NCBI GenBank assembly: GCA_964016885.1
Contig: OZ024765.1
Location: forward strand, 4,278,001 to 4,342,000
Direction: 5' to 3'
DNA: 64,000 nucleotides
Origin: Eledone cirrhosa
Taxonomy: Eukaryota
Both the position numbers and the translations under genes were made by a program. The notes beneath the pieces are model-generated. The model searched no databases and was not told where the DNA came from. It worked only from the letters and a program-made list of their open reading frames with translations. Shown in pieces: positions 12,653-26,483 of this stretch (position 1 is the stretch's first letter; each line of letters opens with the position of its first letter).

Positions 12653-13031
12653 GTTATATAATCATCATCAACTAATGCCCACTTTCCCTACTAATAAGGT
12701 TTGCATACAGACCTTGTCAATACTGAAGTATGTCTACTAACTTACATACGGTTAAACACACACACATATATATTTATGTATGTATGAATATCTGTGTGTG
12801 TATAAATGTACTCATATATATATGTGTGCGTGTGTATATAAATATATATATATATATATATTTAAAAGTTAAACAAGGTTCAATGAATAAATCAAAGAAT
12901 GAATTTTACAATAGATTGGAAGCACTCAACAGAAATGGTTTTCCAGAGTTATTAATATTAATTCAAAATATTAACAAAATAGATATTCTTGTGATCAATC
13001 ACAAGAATATCTATTTTGTTAATATTTTGAA

Positions 13032-13070
<39 letters not shown>

Positions 13071-13779
13071 ACACACATCACACACTCAAAACACTCACAT
13101 ATATACACACACATAAACACAAAGACTCAAACACACAGTTTTTTTCTACAGACACACACACATTATATATATATATATATACACACACACACTCACTCAC
13201 TGACATTATATATATATACTTACACAGTCACATTATATATATATATTATACATATATAATATAACTTTAATGACAAGAAACAGTTTTTCTATGACACCAG
13301 GTACCAATAATAGAATAAATTTTGAATAATGAGATTCTGCTAAATAAATAATTTAATATATGTGTGTGTTATATACACATATATATGTATCTATATATGT
13401 ACATATATATACACACACACATACACACACACATATATGTATATAGGGGAGGGGATAACAAAATGTTGTTATAGGTAATCCAGTTAGAGGTTGTGAATAC
13501 TTCGTATTATGGATAGTTTTAGCGTACGGCTTTGTTTGACTCAACAAGGGGTTTACGTAGGTGGCACGTTTAAGAGTTCTCTTGTATTCCTATGTAAGTT
13601 TATCTTGGAGTAATAATATTGAAAGAGTGAAGAATAACATGGTCAACAGTACAAAAAAGGCTTTTATTTGCAGTCTGACAATTGTTTCACTGATTAAGTT
13701 GTCTAAAAATTGCTGAACACTTGGAGCTGTGCCATTCAATTTTAAATACGTTGTTAGCTTAACCAGATCATAGGAGAAA

Positions 13780-14148
13780 ACTGTTGTTGTTGGTGGTGGT
13801 GGTGGTGGTGGTGAGGTGGTAGTAGTGGTGGTGGTGGTAGTGATGGAATAATTGGGTGAAGAAGAAGAAGAAGAAGAAGAAAAACAAGAAGAAGAAGATG
13901 ATGATGAAGAAGAAAAAGAAAAAAAGAAGAGGGAGAAGAAGGAGAAAAAGAAGAAGGAGACAGAAGAAAAAGAAGAAGGAGGAGACAGAAGAAAAAGAAA
14001 AAAGAAAAAGAAAAAGAAAAAGAATACAGAAGAAAAAGGAGACGAAAAAGAAAAAGAAGGCAGAAGAAAAAGAAGGAGAGAGAAAAAAGAAGAAGAAGAG
14101 GAAGAATTCCAAGGAATATTACTGACAACAACAACAACAACAACAACA
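13780..14148. repeat. (GGT)n, (GAA)n and (CAA)n simple repeats
   Basis: Directly visible. Confidence 0.9.
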
Positions 14149-14269
14149 TATAGAGCTGTGATTGGAAGGGTTAGTATGATGTAAAGTTATCAAATTACTA
14201 TTCATTATCTTGGAGATAATGGTTGAAGATATAAAATAAGATGACTTATTATCATGGTACAACACTTAC

Positions 14270-14340
14270 CTTTGTTGTACTCTTGTACTGATCTTACTAA
14301 TTACATTTTACCTTGCTTAACGACTTTTACCTTTTCTTAC
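14270..14340 (-). other. Candidate 71-nt non-coding exon beginning with GTAAGA
   Basis: Acceptor ttgtctgtttacttttgtgttctgtctcag; perfect donor AAG|GTAAGT at 14269-14264; stops in all 3 frames. Confidence 0.5.
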
Positions 14341-14449
14341 CTGAGACAGAACACAAAAGTAAACAGACAATGGCATCTTCTTCATCTACCACCAGACACT
14401 TGTTTACACTTCTTGCTCAGAGATACTTTCCACCTCTGTCGTTGTTGAC

Positions 14450-14890
14450 TTCTTCTTCTTAGACTTCTTCTTTGCCTTCTGCTTCTTCGACTTCTTCTTT
14501 GCCTTCTGCTTCTTCGACTTCTTCTTTGCCTTCTTCTTCTTCGACTTCTTCTTTGCCTTCTGCTTCTTTGCCTTCTTCTTCTTCGACTTCTTCTTCTTCT
14601 TCTTTGCCTTCTTCTTCTTCTTCTTCGACTTCTTCTTTGCCTTCTTCTTCTTCTTTGCTTTCTTCTTCTTCTTCTACTTCTTCTTCTTCTTCTTTGCCTT
14701 CTTCTTCTTCTTCTTCTTCTTCTTTGACTTCTTTTTTGCCTTCTTCTTCTTCTTCGACTTCTTCTTTGCCTTCTTCTTCTTTGCCTTCTTCTTCTTCTTT
14801 GCTTTCTTCTTCTTCTTCTACTTCTTCTTCTTCTTCTTTGCCTTCTTCTTCTTCTTTGACTTCTTTTTTGCCTTCTTCTTCTTCTTCTTT
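14450..14890. repeat. (CTT)n-derived compound repeat
   Basis: Directly visible. Confidence 0.9.
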
Positions 14891-15013
14891 GGTTAACTTT
14901 GCCTTCCCGCCGAGGTTAACTTTGCCTTTCATCCTTACGGGGTTGATAGAATAAAATACCAGTAATGTACTGGCAAAATTGCTGGCCTTGTGCCCAAAGT
15001 AGAAACAATTATT
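14891..15013 (+). mobile_element. Meta-type SINE fragment
   Basis: Same core as 736-875. Confidence 0.75.
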
Positions 15014-15493
15014 ATTTTGCCTTCTTCTTCTTCTTCTTCATCTTCTTCTTCATCTTCTTCTTCTTCATCATCTTCTTCTTCGCCCACTTGTTCTTTGTCC
15101 TACGAGAGGGTCATAGGAGCAAAGTAACACCCTTCGGAGGAATCCTATTTCGGCCCCTTGCCTTCAGGAGAGGACCCAACATATATTTTTTCATGACAGT
15201 TCTTTAACCTGTTAGGCTAGAAATAGCAGTCAAAATCTCTCTCTCTCTCTCTCTCTCTCCTCTCCTCCATCTCCCTCTCTCTCTCTCCTCTCCTCCATCT
15301 CCCTCTCTCTCTCCCCTTGCCTCTCCCTTTCTCCCCCCCCCCATCTCCCTCTCTCACTCTCGCCTCCTGTCACCCCCCCCCTCTCCCTCTCAACTTATAT
15401 TGAGCAAAACAAGTGAAACAGTTGAAATGAAGCTACCATAGGTACATGCCTGGCTGTGTGGTTAGGGGAGTCACTTCCTCACCATGTTGTTGT

Positions 15494-15800
15494 AGATGAT
15501 GATGATGTTGGTGATGGTGGTGATGGTGATGGTGATGGTGATGATGGTGATGATGGTGATGATGGTGTTGATGACGATGGTGATGATGATGATGGTGATG
15601 GTGATGGTGATGATGATGATGATGGTGATTCAAAAGAGATTGATGATGGTGATGATGATGATGTTGGTGATGGTGGTGGTGGTGGTGGTGATGATGATGG
15701 TGGTGATGATGATGTTGGTGATGGTGGTGGTGGTGGTGATGATGATGGTGATGATAAAGAGGTTGGTGCTGCTGATGATGATGATGATGATGATGATGAA
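15494..15800. repeat. (GAT/GGT)n microsatellite
   Basis: Directly visible. Confidence 0.9.
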
Positions 15801-16284
15801 AAAGCTGAATGATAATTAACAGGGGGCGGAGTGGAGGTTGATGGTAATGATAATAACAATGATAACGAGCTTGCTAATGACACAATTTAAAGTGTTTATT
15901 CACAGCAAAGGTAAAAAAAAAAAAGGAAATCAATTTATTAAACAGAAGGGCTATGTTCTGTGAGATCAAAGAATTATTCTGTGAAAACGGTGATGAGAAT
16001 TAAGCAATGATAACAGCAGAATGTAATATATTTCTGGAAATATGAGGAATCATAAATTTTTAATTAAGAGTCTTCTGTCTGTCATTACAACTTGATTATA
16101 TGCATTATTCAACACTGTTTTCTTTCTTACAAGAGAGTTGTCTTAAAATATTTGAATATCTTAACTTTTAGAATTCCGCTAATGATTAAGCAGAAAATAA
16201 ATAGGTTTGTATCATACATCAAATGTGGTTTCCAGTGATTTCTAATGGTTTCTAGGGGGTTTATAATGGTTTCTGGCTGTTTTC

Positions 16285-16918
16285 GGTGGTTTCTAGTGGT
16301 TTTGGGCAGTCTCTGGCGGTTTCTAGTGGTTTGGGGCAGTCTCTGGCGGTTTCTAGTGGTTTGGGGCAGTCTCTGGCGGTTTCTAGTGGTTTTGGACAGT
16401 CTCTGGCGGTTTCTAGTGGTTTTGGACAGTCTCTGGCGGTTTCTAGTGGTTTGGGGCAGTCTCTGGCGGTTTCTAGTGGTTTTGGGCAGTCTCTGGCTGT
16501 TTCTAGTGGTTTTGGGCAGTCTCTGGCGGTTTCTAGTGGTTTTGGGCAGTCTCTGGCGGTTTCTAGTGGTTTTGGGCAGTCTCTGGCTGTTTCTAGTGGT
16601 TTTGGGCAGTCTCTGGCGGTTTCTAGTGGTTTGGGGCAGTCTCTGGCGGTTTCTAGTGGTTTGGGGCAGTCTCTGACGGTTTCTAGTGGTTTTGGGCAGT
16701 CTCTGGCGGTTTCTAGTGCTTTTGGGCGGTTTCTAGTGGTTTTGGGCAGTCTCTGGTGGTTTCTAGTGGTTTTGGGCAGTCTCTGGTGGTTTCTAGTGGT
16801 TTTGGGCAGTCTCTGGCGGTTTCTAGTGGTTTTGGGCGGTTTCTAGTGGTTTTGGGCAGTCTCTGGTGGTTTCTAGTGGTTTGGGGCAGTCTCTGGTGGT
16901 TTCTGTCAGTTTCTAGTG
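16285..16918. repeat. 30-bp minisatellite (~21 copies)
   Basis: Unit ggtttctagtggttttgggcagtctctggc. Confidence 0.95.
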
Positions 16919-17009
16919 GCTTGCTATTGCAGAGCTTCCATTACAGTTTTAGGATTAGAGGGGCTGTACATGTGTATTATTACTGTACATGTGTATTATT
17001 ATTATTAAC

Positions 17010-17198
17010 ATGGATTGGCAGTATCGATAGAGGGTCGGACGCCATGTTTTGCAGCATAGAGTTACGCCTCTTTATGGTTTGAGTTCAAACCCCGCCGAGG
17101 TTAAATTTGCCTTTCATCCTTACGGGGGTCAATAAAATAAAGTACCAGTAATACACTGGGATAATTGCTGGCCTTGTGCCCAAAGTAGAAACCATTAT
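17010..17198 (+). mobile_element. Meta-type tRNA SINE, near full length
   Basis: tggattggcagtatcgatagag head, B-box gagttcaaaccc, Meta core. Confidence 0.8.
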
Positions 17199-17444
17199 TA
17201 ACTCCTGCTTTTCCATCACCAATACAAGACTAAGAAAGCTATTAAAAACATGATCATCCTAACATATTTAGAGTCAATAGAAAATCAATGCACAAAAATA
17301 TTGAAACAAATAATTGGAGAGGCTTAAGCCCAAAACCAAAAGCCCCTTAGCACCCAAAGAAAGAAATTATGTATATTTATTTTATTTGTATTTATTTTTG
17401 GATTTTAAAAGTACATTGTTTGTGTGTGTTGTGTATTTTGATAA

Positions 17445-17784
17445 TCTATATATATAAAAGCAAGTCGGTCTGTCTGTCTGTCTGTGTACAAATACTAGGC
17501 TCCTTTTAACTTTTGAACCAAATTTGGCACGCGTGTTGCTTATATGCCAGAGCAGGTTTTGGTCAAAAATATATTGGGGCCGAAAAATCGAATTTTTTGT
17601 ACAAGCTACCCCATGAATTGTTTTTATGTTGCCGTTTATTTCACTCAATCATGTCACTGTACACCCATTTTGTTAAACTTTTTTTTACAATTACATTTCA
17701 ATTCTTTGCTCAACCTTTGGCTCTCTTTATACGGACAAACAGGCTGTCATTCATTTCCCGAGCAACGCCGGGTACATCTGCTAG
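17445..17784 (+). mobile_element. Non-autonomous Helitron
   Basis: 5' TC (tctatatatataaaag), internal (gtct)n, subterminal GC hairpin ccgagcaacgccgg, 3' CTAG. Inserted between A and T with no TSD. Confidence 0.85.
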
Positions 17785-17902
17785 TGATAGATATAATAGC
17801 ATTTACATCTATGATGGTTTAACAATAGCTCACTGGCTATTGTGTTTATATGTACTTGTTACTTATTTTAGCAGTAATACTGTAGAACCTCACAGTATTA
17901 CT

Positions 17903-18441
17903 GCCACATTGTACCAGTAATTTGCTGTACCAGTGCCACATTGTACTAGTAATTTGCTGTACCAGTGCCCCATTGTACCAGTAATTTGCTGTACCAGTGC
18001 CCCATTGTACCAGTAATTTGCTGTATTAGTGCCCCATTGTACCAGAAATTTGCTGTACTGGTGCCCCATTGTACCAGTAATTTGCTGTACCAGTGCCCCA
18101 TTGTACCAGTAATTTGCTGTACTGGTGCCCCATTGTACCAGTAATTTGCTGTACCAGTGCCCCATTGTACCAGTAATTTGCTGTACCAGTGCCCCATTGT
18201 ACCAGTAATTTGCTGTACCAGTGCCCCATTGTACCAGTAATTTGCTGTACTGGTGCCCCATTGTACCAGTAATTTGCTGTACTGGTGCCCCATTGTACCA
18301 GTAATTTGCTGTACCGGTGCCACATTGTACCAGTAATTTGCTGTACTAGTGCCACATTGTACCAGTAATTTGCTATACTAGTGCCACATTGTACCAGTAA
18401 TTTGCTATACTAGTGCCACATTGTACCAGTAATTTGCTGTA
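17903..18441. repeat. 32-bp minisatellite (~17 copies)
   Basis: Unit cattgtaccagtaatttgctgtaccagtgccc. Confidence 0.95.
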
Positions 18442-18493
18442 CGGACTGAGGCTCGTGTGAATTTTTGTCTTGTATGAGTGGAAATCATACAAT

Positions 18494-18712
18494 TAATTGT
18501 TTCTACTTTTGGCACATGGCCACCAATTTTTGGGGAGGGGAAAGTCGATTAAATCGACCCCAGTGCGTGACTGGTACTTTATTTTATCAGCCCTGTAAGG
18601 ATGAAAGGCAAAGTTATCCTCGGCGATATTTGAACTCAGAATGCAAAGGGCCATAATTCTATGTTACAAAGCATGGCATCCAACCCTGTTTCGATACTGC
18701 CAATCCACCACC
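18494..18712 (-). mobile_element. Meta-type SINE, older variant
   Basis: ctggtactttattttatc...aggatgaaaggcaaagtt...ttgaactcag. Confidence 0.75.
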
Positions 18713-19626
18713 CTTAACAACAATAACAACAATAATAATATTAGTAATAATAAAAATAATAATAATAAAAATAATGAAGCTATTCTGTTGGCCTTAGTTT
18801 GCATGACAAAGTTACATGCAACAGAGAATATACAATGAATATATTCCACACAGTTTGATCATATCATCTTCACTGAATTCTCTGAAATCTTTGAATGTTA
18901 CATCCATGTAAGCATGTAAGCATTGTTCCATATTGTGATGAATGTATGCTGGCTGTGAGGAGGGTTGGTGAAGTGTTCTCCAGGGAATGGTAGATTAGTT
19001 AGAAAGGTCAGAGGTCACACCATTCCGTTACAGCATGTTAAAGTTTATTCGGAGGGGCGGGAGGTTGTGGGGTGGGGCTGGGGGAGTTGTTTGTGTGGGT
19101 TTTTTTTTGGTCCATAGAAAGAATTTAACTATTGAAGAAATGTGAAGACTTTAATCTGTGAGTGAAGTATTGATAGTTTCTTAACAATGTTTGGGTGTAA
19201 AAAGGGGGGGGGGGGGCGAGTGTGTGTGGTTTTGTATGTGTGTGTATGTATGTGTGTGTATGTATGTGTGTATATACGTGGTTTTGTATGTGTGTGTATG
19301 TATGTGTGTATATACATGTATTTGTACGTGTGTTTCTGTATGTGTGTATACATGTGTGTTGTACGTGTGTTTCTGTATGTGTATATACGTGTGTTGTATG
19401 TGTATGTGTACATGTGTTTGTATGTGTGCATGTGAGTGTATGTGAGTGTCTTTGTGTACATGCGTATGTATGTGTTTCTGTATGTGTGTACATGTGTATA
19501 TATGTGTGTGTGTGTTTGCGTACATATGTATGTGTGTGTGTTTATGTATATGTGAGTGAAATATCAAACATATATGTTGTGAGATGAGATATTGATAGTT
19601 TCTTAACCTTTTGGTATACATGTCTG

Positions 19627-22600
19627 CACAATATTACACAGTATTGATACTATACTACACAATATTATACAGTATTGATACTATACTACACAATATTACA
19701 CAGTATTGATACTATACTACACAATATTACACAGTATTGATACTATACTACACAATATTACACAGTATTGATACTATACTACACAATATTACACAGTATT
19801 GATACTATACTACACAATATTACACAGTATTGATACTATACTACACAATATTACACAGTATTGATACTATACTACACAATATTACACAGTATTGATACTA
19901 TACTACACAATATTACACAGTATTGATACTATACTACACAATACTACACAGTATTGATACTATACTACACAATACTACACAGTATTGATACTATACTACA
20001 CAATATTACACAGTATTGATACTATACTACACAATATTACACAGTATTGATACTATACTACACAATACTACACAGTATTGATACTATACTACACAATACT
20101 ACACAGTATTGATACCATATTACACAATACTACACAGTATTGATACTATACTACACAATACTACACAGTATTGATACTATACTACACAATACTACACAGT
20201 ATTGATACTATACTACACAATATTACACAGTATTGATACTATACTACACAATACTACACAGTATTGATACTATACTACACAATATTACACAGTATTGATA
20301 CTATACTACACAATACTACACAGTATTGATACCATATTACACAATACTACACAGTATTGATACTATACTACACAATAATACACAGTATTGATACTATACT
20401 ACACAGTATTGATACTATACTACACAATATTACACAGTATTGATACTATACTACACAATATTACACAGTATTGATACTATACTACACAATATTACACAGT
20501 ATTGATACTATACTACACAATACTACACAGTATTGATACCATATTACACAATACTACACAGTATTGATACTATACTACACAATACTACACAGTATTGATA
20601 CTATACTACACAATATTACACAGTATTGATACCATATTACACAATACTACACAGTATTGATACTATACTACACAATATTACACAGTATTGATATCATATT
20701 ACACAATACTACACAGTATTGATACCATACTACACAACATTACACAGTATTGATACTATACTACACAATATTGATACTATATTACACAATACTACACAGT
20801 ATTGATACCATATTACACAATACTACACAGTATTGATACTATATTACACAATACTACACAGTATTGATACTATACTACACAATACTACACAGTATTGATA
20901 CTATACTACACAATACTACACAGTATCGATACTATACTACACAATATTACACAGTATTGATACTATACTACACAATACTACACAGTATTGATACTATATT
21001 ACACAATACTACACAGTATTGATACTATACTACACAATATTACACAGTATTGATACTATACTACACAATACTACACAGTATCGATACTATACTACACAAT
21101 ACTACACAGTATTGATACTATACTACACAATACTACACAGTATTGATACTATACTACACAATACTACACAGTATTGATACTATACTACACAATATTACAC
21201 AGTATTGATACCATATTACACAATATTACACAGTATTGATACTATACTACACAATACTACACAGTATTGATACCATACTACACAATACTACACAGTATTG
21301 ATACTATACTACACAATACTACACAGTATTGATACTATACTACACAATACTACACAGTATTGATACTATACTACACAATACTACACAGTATTGATACTAT
21401 ACTACACAATACTACACAGTATTGATACTATACTACACAATACTACACAGTATTGATACTATACTACACAATACTACACAGTATTGATACTATACTACAC
21501 AATACTACACAGTATTGATACTATACTACACAATATTACACAGTATTGATACTATACTACACAATACTACACAGTATTGATACCATATTACACAATATTA
21601 CACAGTATTGATACTATACTACACAATACTACACAGTATTGATACCATATTACACAATATTACACAGTATTGATACTATACTACACAATACTACACAGTA
21701 TTGATACTATACTACACAATACTACACAGTATTGATACTATACTACACAGTATTGATACCATATTACACAATATTACACAGTATTGATACTATACTACAC
21801 AATACTACACAGTATTGATACCATACTACACAATACTACACAGTATTGATACTATACTACACAATACTACACAGTATTGATACCATACTACACAATATTA
21901 CACAGTATCGATACTATACTACACAATACTACACAGTATTGATACTATATTACACAATACTACACAGTATTGATACTATATTACACAATACTACACAGTA
22001 TTGATACCATATTACACAATATTACACAGTATTGATACTATACTACACAATACTACACAGTATTGATACCATACTACACAATACTACACAGTATTGATAC
22101 CATACTACACAATACTACACAGTATTGATACCATACTACACAATACTACACAGTATTGATACCATACTACACAATACTACACAGTATTGATACCATACTA
22201 CACAATACTACACAGTATTGATACTATACTACACAATACTACACAGTATTGATACTATACTACACAATATTACACAGTATTGATACTATACTACACAGTA
22301 TTGATACCATATTACACAATATTACACAGTATTGATACTATACTACACAATACTACACAGTATTGATACTATACTACACAATACTACACAGTATTGATAC
22401 TATACTACACAATACTACACAGTATTGATACTATACTACACAATACTACACAGTATTGATACTATACTACACAATACTACACAGTATTGATACTATACTA
22501 CACAATACTACACAGTATTGATACTATACTACACAATACTACACAGTATTGATATCATACTACACAATACTACACAGTATTGATACTATACTACACAATA

Positions 22601-23259
22601 CTACACAGTATTGATATCATACTACACAATACTACACAGTATTGATACCATATTACACAATACTACACAGTATTGATACCATATTACACAATACTACACA
22701 GTATTGATACTATACTACACAATACTACACAGTATTGATATCATACTACACAATACTACACAGTATTGATACTATACTACACAATACTACACAGTATTGA
22801 TATCATACTACACAATACTACACAGTATTGATACTATACTACACAATACTACACAGTATTGATACTATACTACACAATACTACACAGTATTGATACTATA
22901 CTACACAATACTACACAGTATTGATATCATACTACACAATACTACACAGTATTGATACTATACTACACAATACTACACAGTATTGATATCATACTACACA
23001 ATACTACACAGTATTGATACTATACTACACAATACTACACAGTATTGATATCATACTACACAATACTACACAGTATTGATACTATACTACACAATATTAC
23101 ACAGTATTGATACTATACTACACAATATTACACAGTATTGATACTATACTACACAATACTACACAGTATTGATACTATACTACACAATACTACACAGTAT
23201 TGATACTATACTACACAATACTACACAGTATTGATACTATACTACACAATACTACACAG
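19627..23259. repeat. 31-bp minisatellite, 3.6 kb (~117 copies)
   Basis: Unit cacaata(t/c)tacacagtattgatactatacta. Confidence 0.97.
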
Positions 23260-23326
23260 AAAATAGGCGTCTATTTTCCGCCCATTTTCCGTCGATTTTT
23301 CCGTCAATCTTCCAGGTATTTCCGGG

Positions 23327-24080
23327 TATTAAATATAATATATTAAATTAAATATAATATATTAAATTAAATATAATATATTAAATTAAATATAATATAT
23401 TAAATTGAATATAATATATTAAATTAAATATAATATATTAAATTGAATATAATATATTAAATTAAATATAATATATTAAATTGAATATAATATATTAAAT
23501 TGAATATAATATATTAAATTGAATATAATATATTAAATTAAATATAATATATTAAATTGAATATAATATATTAAATTGAATATAATATATTAAATTAAAT
23601 ATAATATATTAAATTGAATATAATATATTAAATTAAATATAATATATTAAATTGAATATAATATATTAAATTAAATATAATATATTAAATTGAATATAAT
23701 ATATTAAATTAAATATAATATATTAAATTGAATATAATATATTAAATTGAATATAATATATTAAATTGAATATAATATATTAAATTAAATATAATATATT
23801 AAATTGAATATAATATATTAAATTAAATATAATATATTAAATTGAATATAATATATTAAATTGAATATAATATATTAAATTGAATATAATATATTAAATT
23901 AAATATAATATATTAAATTGAATATAATATATTAAATTAAATATAATATATTAAATTAAATATAATATATTAAATTAAATATAATATATTAAATTAAATA
24001 TAATATATTAAATTAAATATAATATATTAAATTAAATATAATATATTAAATTAAATATAATATATTAAATTAAATATATA
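23327..24080. repeat. 19-bp AT-only minisatellite (~39 copies)
   Basis: Unit tattaaatt(a/g)aatataata. Confidence 0.97.
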
Positions 24081-24499
24081 TTCCTATGTCCCTCTCTCTA
24101 GCTCTCTAAGTCTCTCTCTCTAGCCTTCTGAATCTCTCGCTCTCACTCTAATTCTCTCTCTAACTCTCTAAGTCTCTCTCTTTCACTATCTAGCTTCCTC
24201 TCCTCCTCTCGCTAGCTTTCTAAATATCTCTCCCTCTCTCTAAATATCTCTCTCACTCTAACACTTTCTAGATCTCACTCTCTCTCTCTCTCTCTCTAAC
24301 TCTCTTTCATAGAGTTACATCATTTTTATGGGATCAATAAAATAAAGTACCAGCAACAAACTGGGGTTTCGATTTAAATGACATTCCCCTCCCCTAAAGT
24401 TATTGACCTTGTGCTTAAACCAGAGACCATTATTATAGTTATCTGCATTGTGGCAAGTATATTTTGAAATTTGAAATTCCTCAGTGCATTGTAAGTTAA

Positions 24500-24900
24500 A
24501 GTCTGTTCCAAGCTGAAGGTTCAAGGTTCATTAGGCTGGTGCTTATCTCCAGTTTCCTTGCCAGTAAGTGACTGAGAGTACAAGACTTCCCCTGGACTGG
24601 ACACAAGTCCATCACAGGATTAAAGTTTATCTTGAACCGAAAGGCTCATCAGACCAGACCGTATCCTAGGTTTCACTGGCGTTAAGTGTCTGAGAGTACA
24701 AGGCACACCCCTGGACAGGATGCCAGTCTATTGAAGCTTTAACTCCGCAGCTAATGTTGTCGGTACTCACACTCAGCTGAGTATACTGGAGCAACATTAA
24801 ATAAAATATTTTTGCTAAAGAACACAACACACAGCACACAATCCGGTCCAGGAATCAAACGGACGACAATATGATCGTACATCAAGTCCTCTAACTATTC
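24500..24900 (-). mobile_element. Old CORE-type SINE with internal duplication
   Basis: ctcagctgagtatactggagcaac...gctaaagaacacaac resembles the CORE segment. ctgagagtacaag...ccctggac occurs twice. Confidence 0.55.
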
Positions 24901-24978
24901 AACTAATTTTGCATGGTAAAAGTATGGAAGCAACTCAAATCAAGAGAAACCATATGAATGTTTAGAGTAGTTACTTAC

Positions 24979-25087
24979 CAAACACCGATGGAGGACTTTC
25001 GACCATGTCCAGGTAAACTTTAGCAACAAGAAGCTGGACGCCATATGTAAATTGGTGGAGATCTTTATTTAATCTTAAGAGATGCAT
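24979..25087 (-). other. Candidate 109-nt host exon
   Basis: Branch-like actaaat, acceptor atttgtttttctatttcaatacag, donor TTG|GTAAGT. One fully open frame, MHLLRLNKDLHQFTYGVQLLVAKVYLDMVESPPSVF, not recognised. Confidence 0.55.
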
Positions 25088-25144
25088 CTGTATTGAAATA
25101 GAAAAACAAATATGCAAATTTAGTTACAGAGAAACTGAATAACA

Positions 25145-25588
25145 TTAACCTTTTAGCATTTACATTACTCTATATACACTATTGTATTTACACGGTAAAG
25201 GCTTTATCTCACATAATATCTCACATAACATTTACATTACTCTATATATACTATTGTATTTTCACGGTAAAGGCTTTATCTCACATAATATCTCACATAA
25301 CATTTACATTACTCTATATATACTATTGTATTTTCACGGTAAAGGCTTTACCTCACATAATATTTCACATAACATTTACATTACTCTATATATACTATTG
25401 TATTTTCATGGTAAAGGCTTTATCTCACATAATATCTCACATAATGTCGAATCTATGAGATTTTGATGTTATTTATTTTGAGAATAATACCTTAACATCA
25501 GTATGAGTGGTCAATTACAGCCAGTTTGAACAGAAAGAGGTGAAAGGATTCTGGCTGGATATGGCTGGTTTAAATGCTAAAGGGTTAA
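25145..25588. mobile_element. TTAA-flanked (piggyBac-like) MITE with an internal 72-bp tandem array
   Basis: Ends ttaaccttttagcattta...taaatgctaaagggttaa; ~4 x 72 bp at 25157-25445. Another copy starts at 63973. Confidence 0.75.
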
Positions 25589-25592
25589 GTCA

Positions 25593-25714
25593 AGGGAAAC
25601 TGCAAGAGCTCAGCCACTGGGCAGTAACTGATTACAATACCTACACTCTACTTTCTTAAGTATTGAGTACTAAGTTGAACAATGGTGTTACTGATATAAA
25701 CTGGTATCCCTACT
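25593..25714 (+). mobile_element. Diverged relative of fold-back family F2 (tail region)
   Basis: gaaactgcaagagctcagcc...cactctactttcttaagtattgagtact...ctggtatccctacta. Confidence 0.55.
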
Positions 25715-26314
25715 AAATCTATCTATCAGTCTATAGTCTGTCTATGTATTAATCTAGCTGTCTACCTATCTCTACATAGATCTAGCAAGTTTTATGAAAG
25801 GTGGGTGAAAGTGGCGAAAATGGCCCCAGTGAATGGGCCTTCTCTCTATATCAGCCTGTAGGTTGAGGAAAAAGAGGAGGAGAGGAAAGGAGTACAAACT
25901 CTTCGTACTCCTGGAGATGAGGGTTGCACATTTTTGGGGGGGTATGTGTTACCCATATGAACTGTCTCCCCCTATTGGGGAAAATCGACTAATTTTTAAA
26001 TTACATTTGTGATAATATTTTACACGTTTTTATTGTATGTAAACTTCCCCCTTTGTATTTGTCCCCTTCTTTTGTGCCCCTGTGGCTAATAAAGAAACAT
26101 ATCTATATATCTATCTATCTATCTATCTATCTATTTATCTGTATTTCTATCAATCTATCTGTCTGTTTGTCTATCCATCTACCCCACTCACTCCCTCTCT
26201 CTCTATTTATATACACACACACATATTACTCTTTTACCTGTTCCAGCCATCCGGCTGAGGCCATGCTGGGGCACCACCCTTGAAAAGTAGACCAGCCACT
26301 GGATGCCGAAACCC

Positions 26315-26349
<35 letters not shown>

Positions 26350-26354
26350 ATATA

Positions 26355-26420
<66 letters not shown>

Positions 26421-26451
26421 TATATATATGTGTGTGTGCGTATATATATAT

Positions 26452-26483
<32 letters not shown>

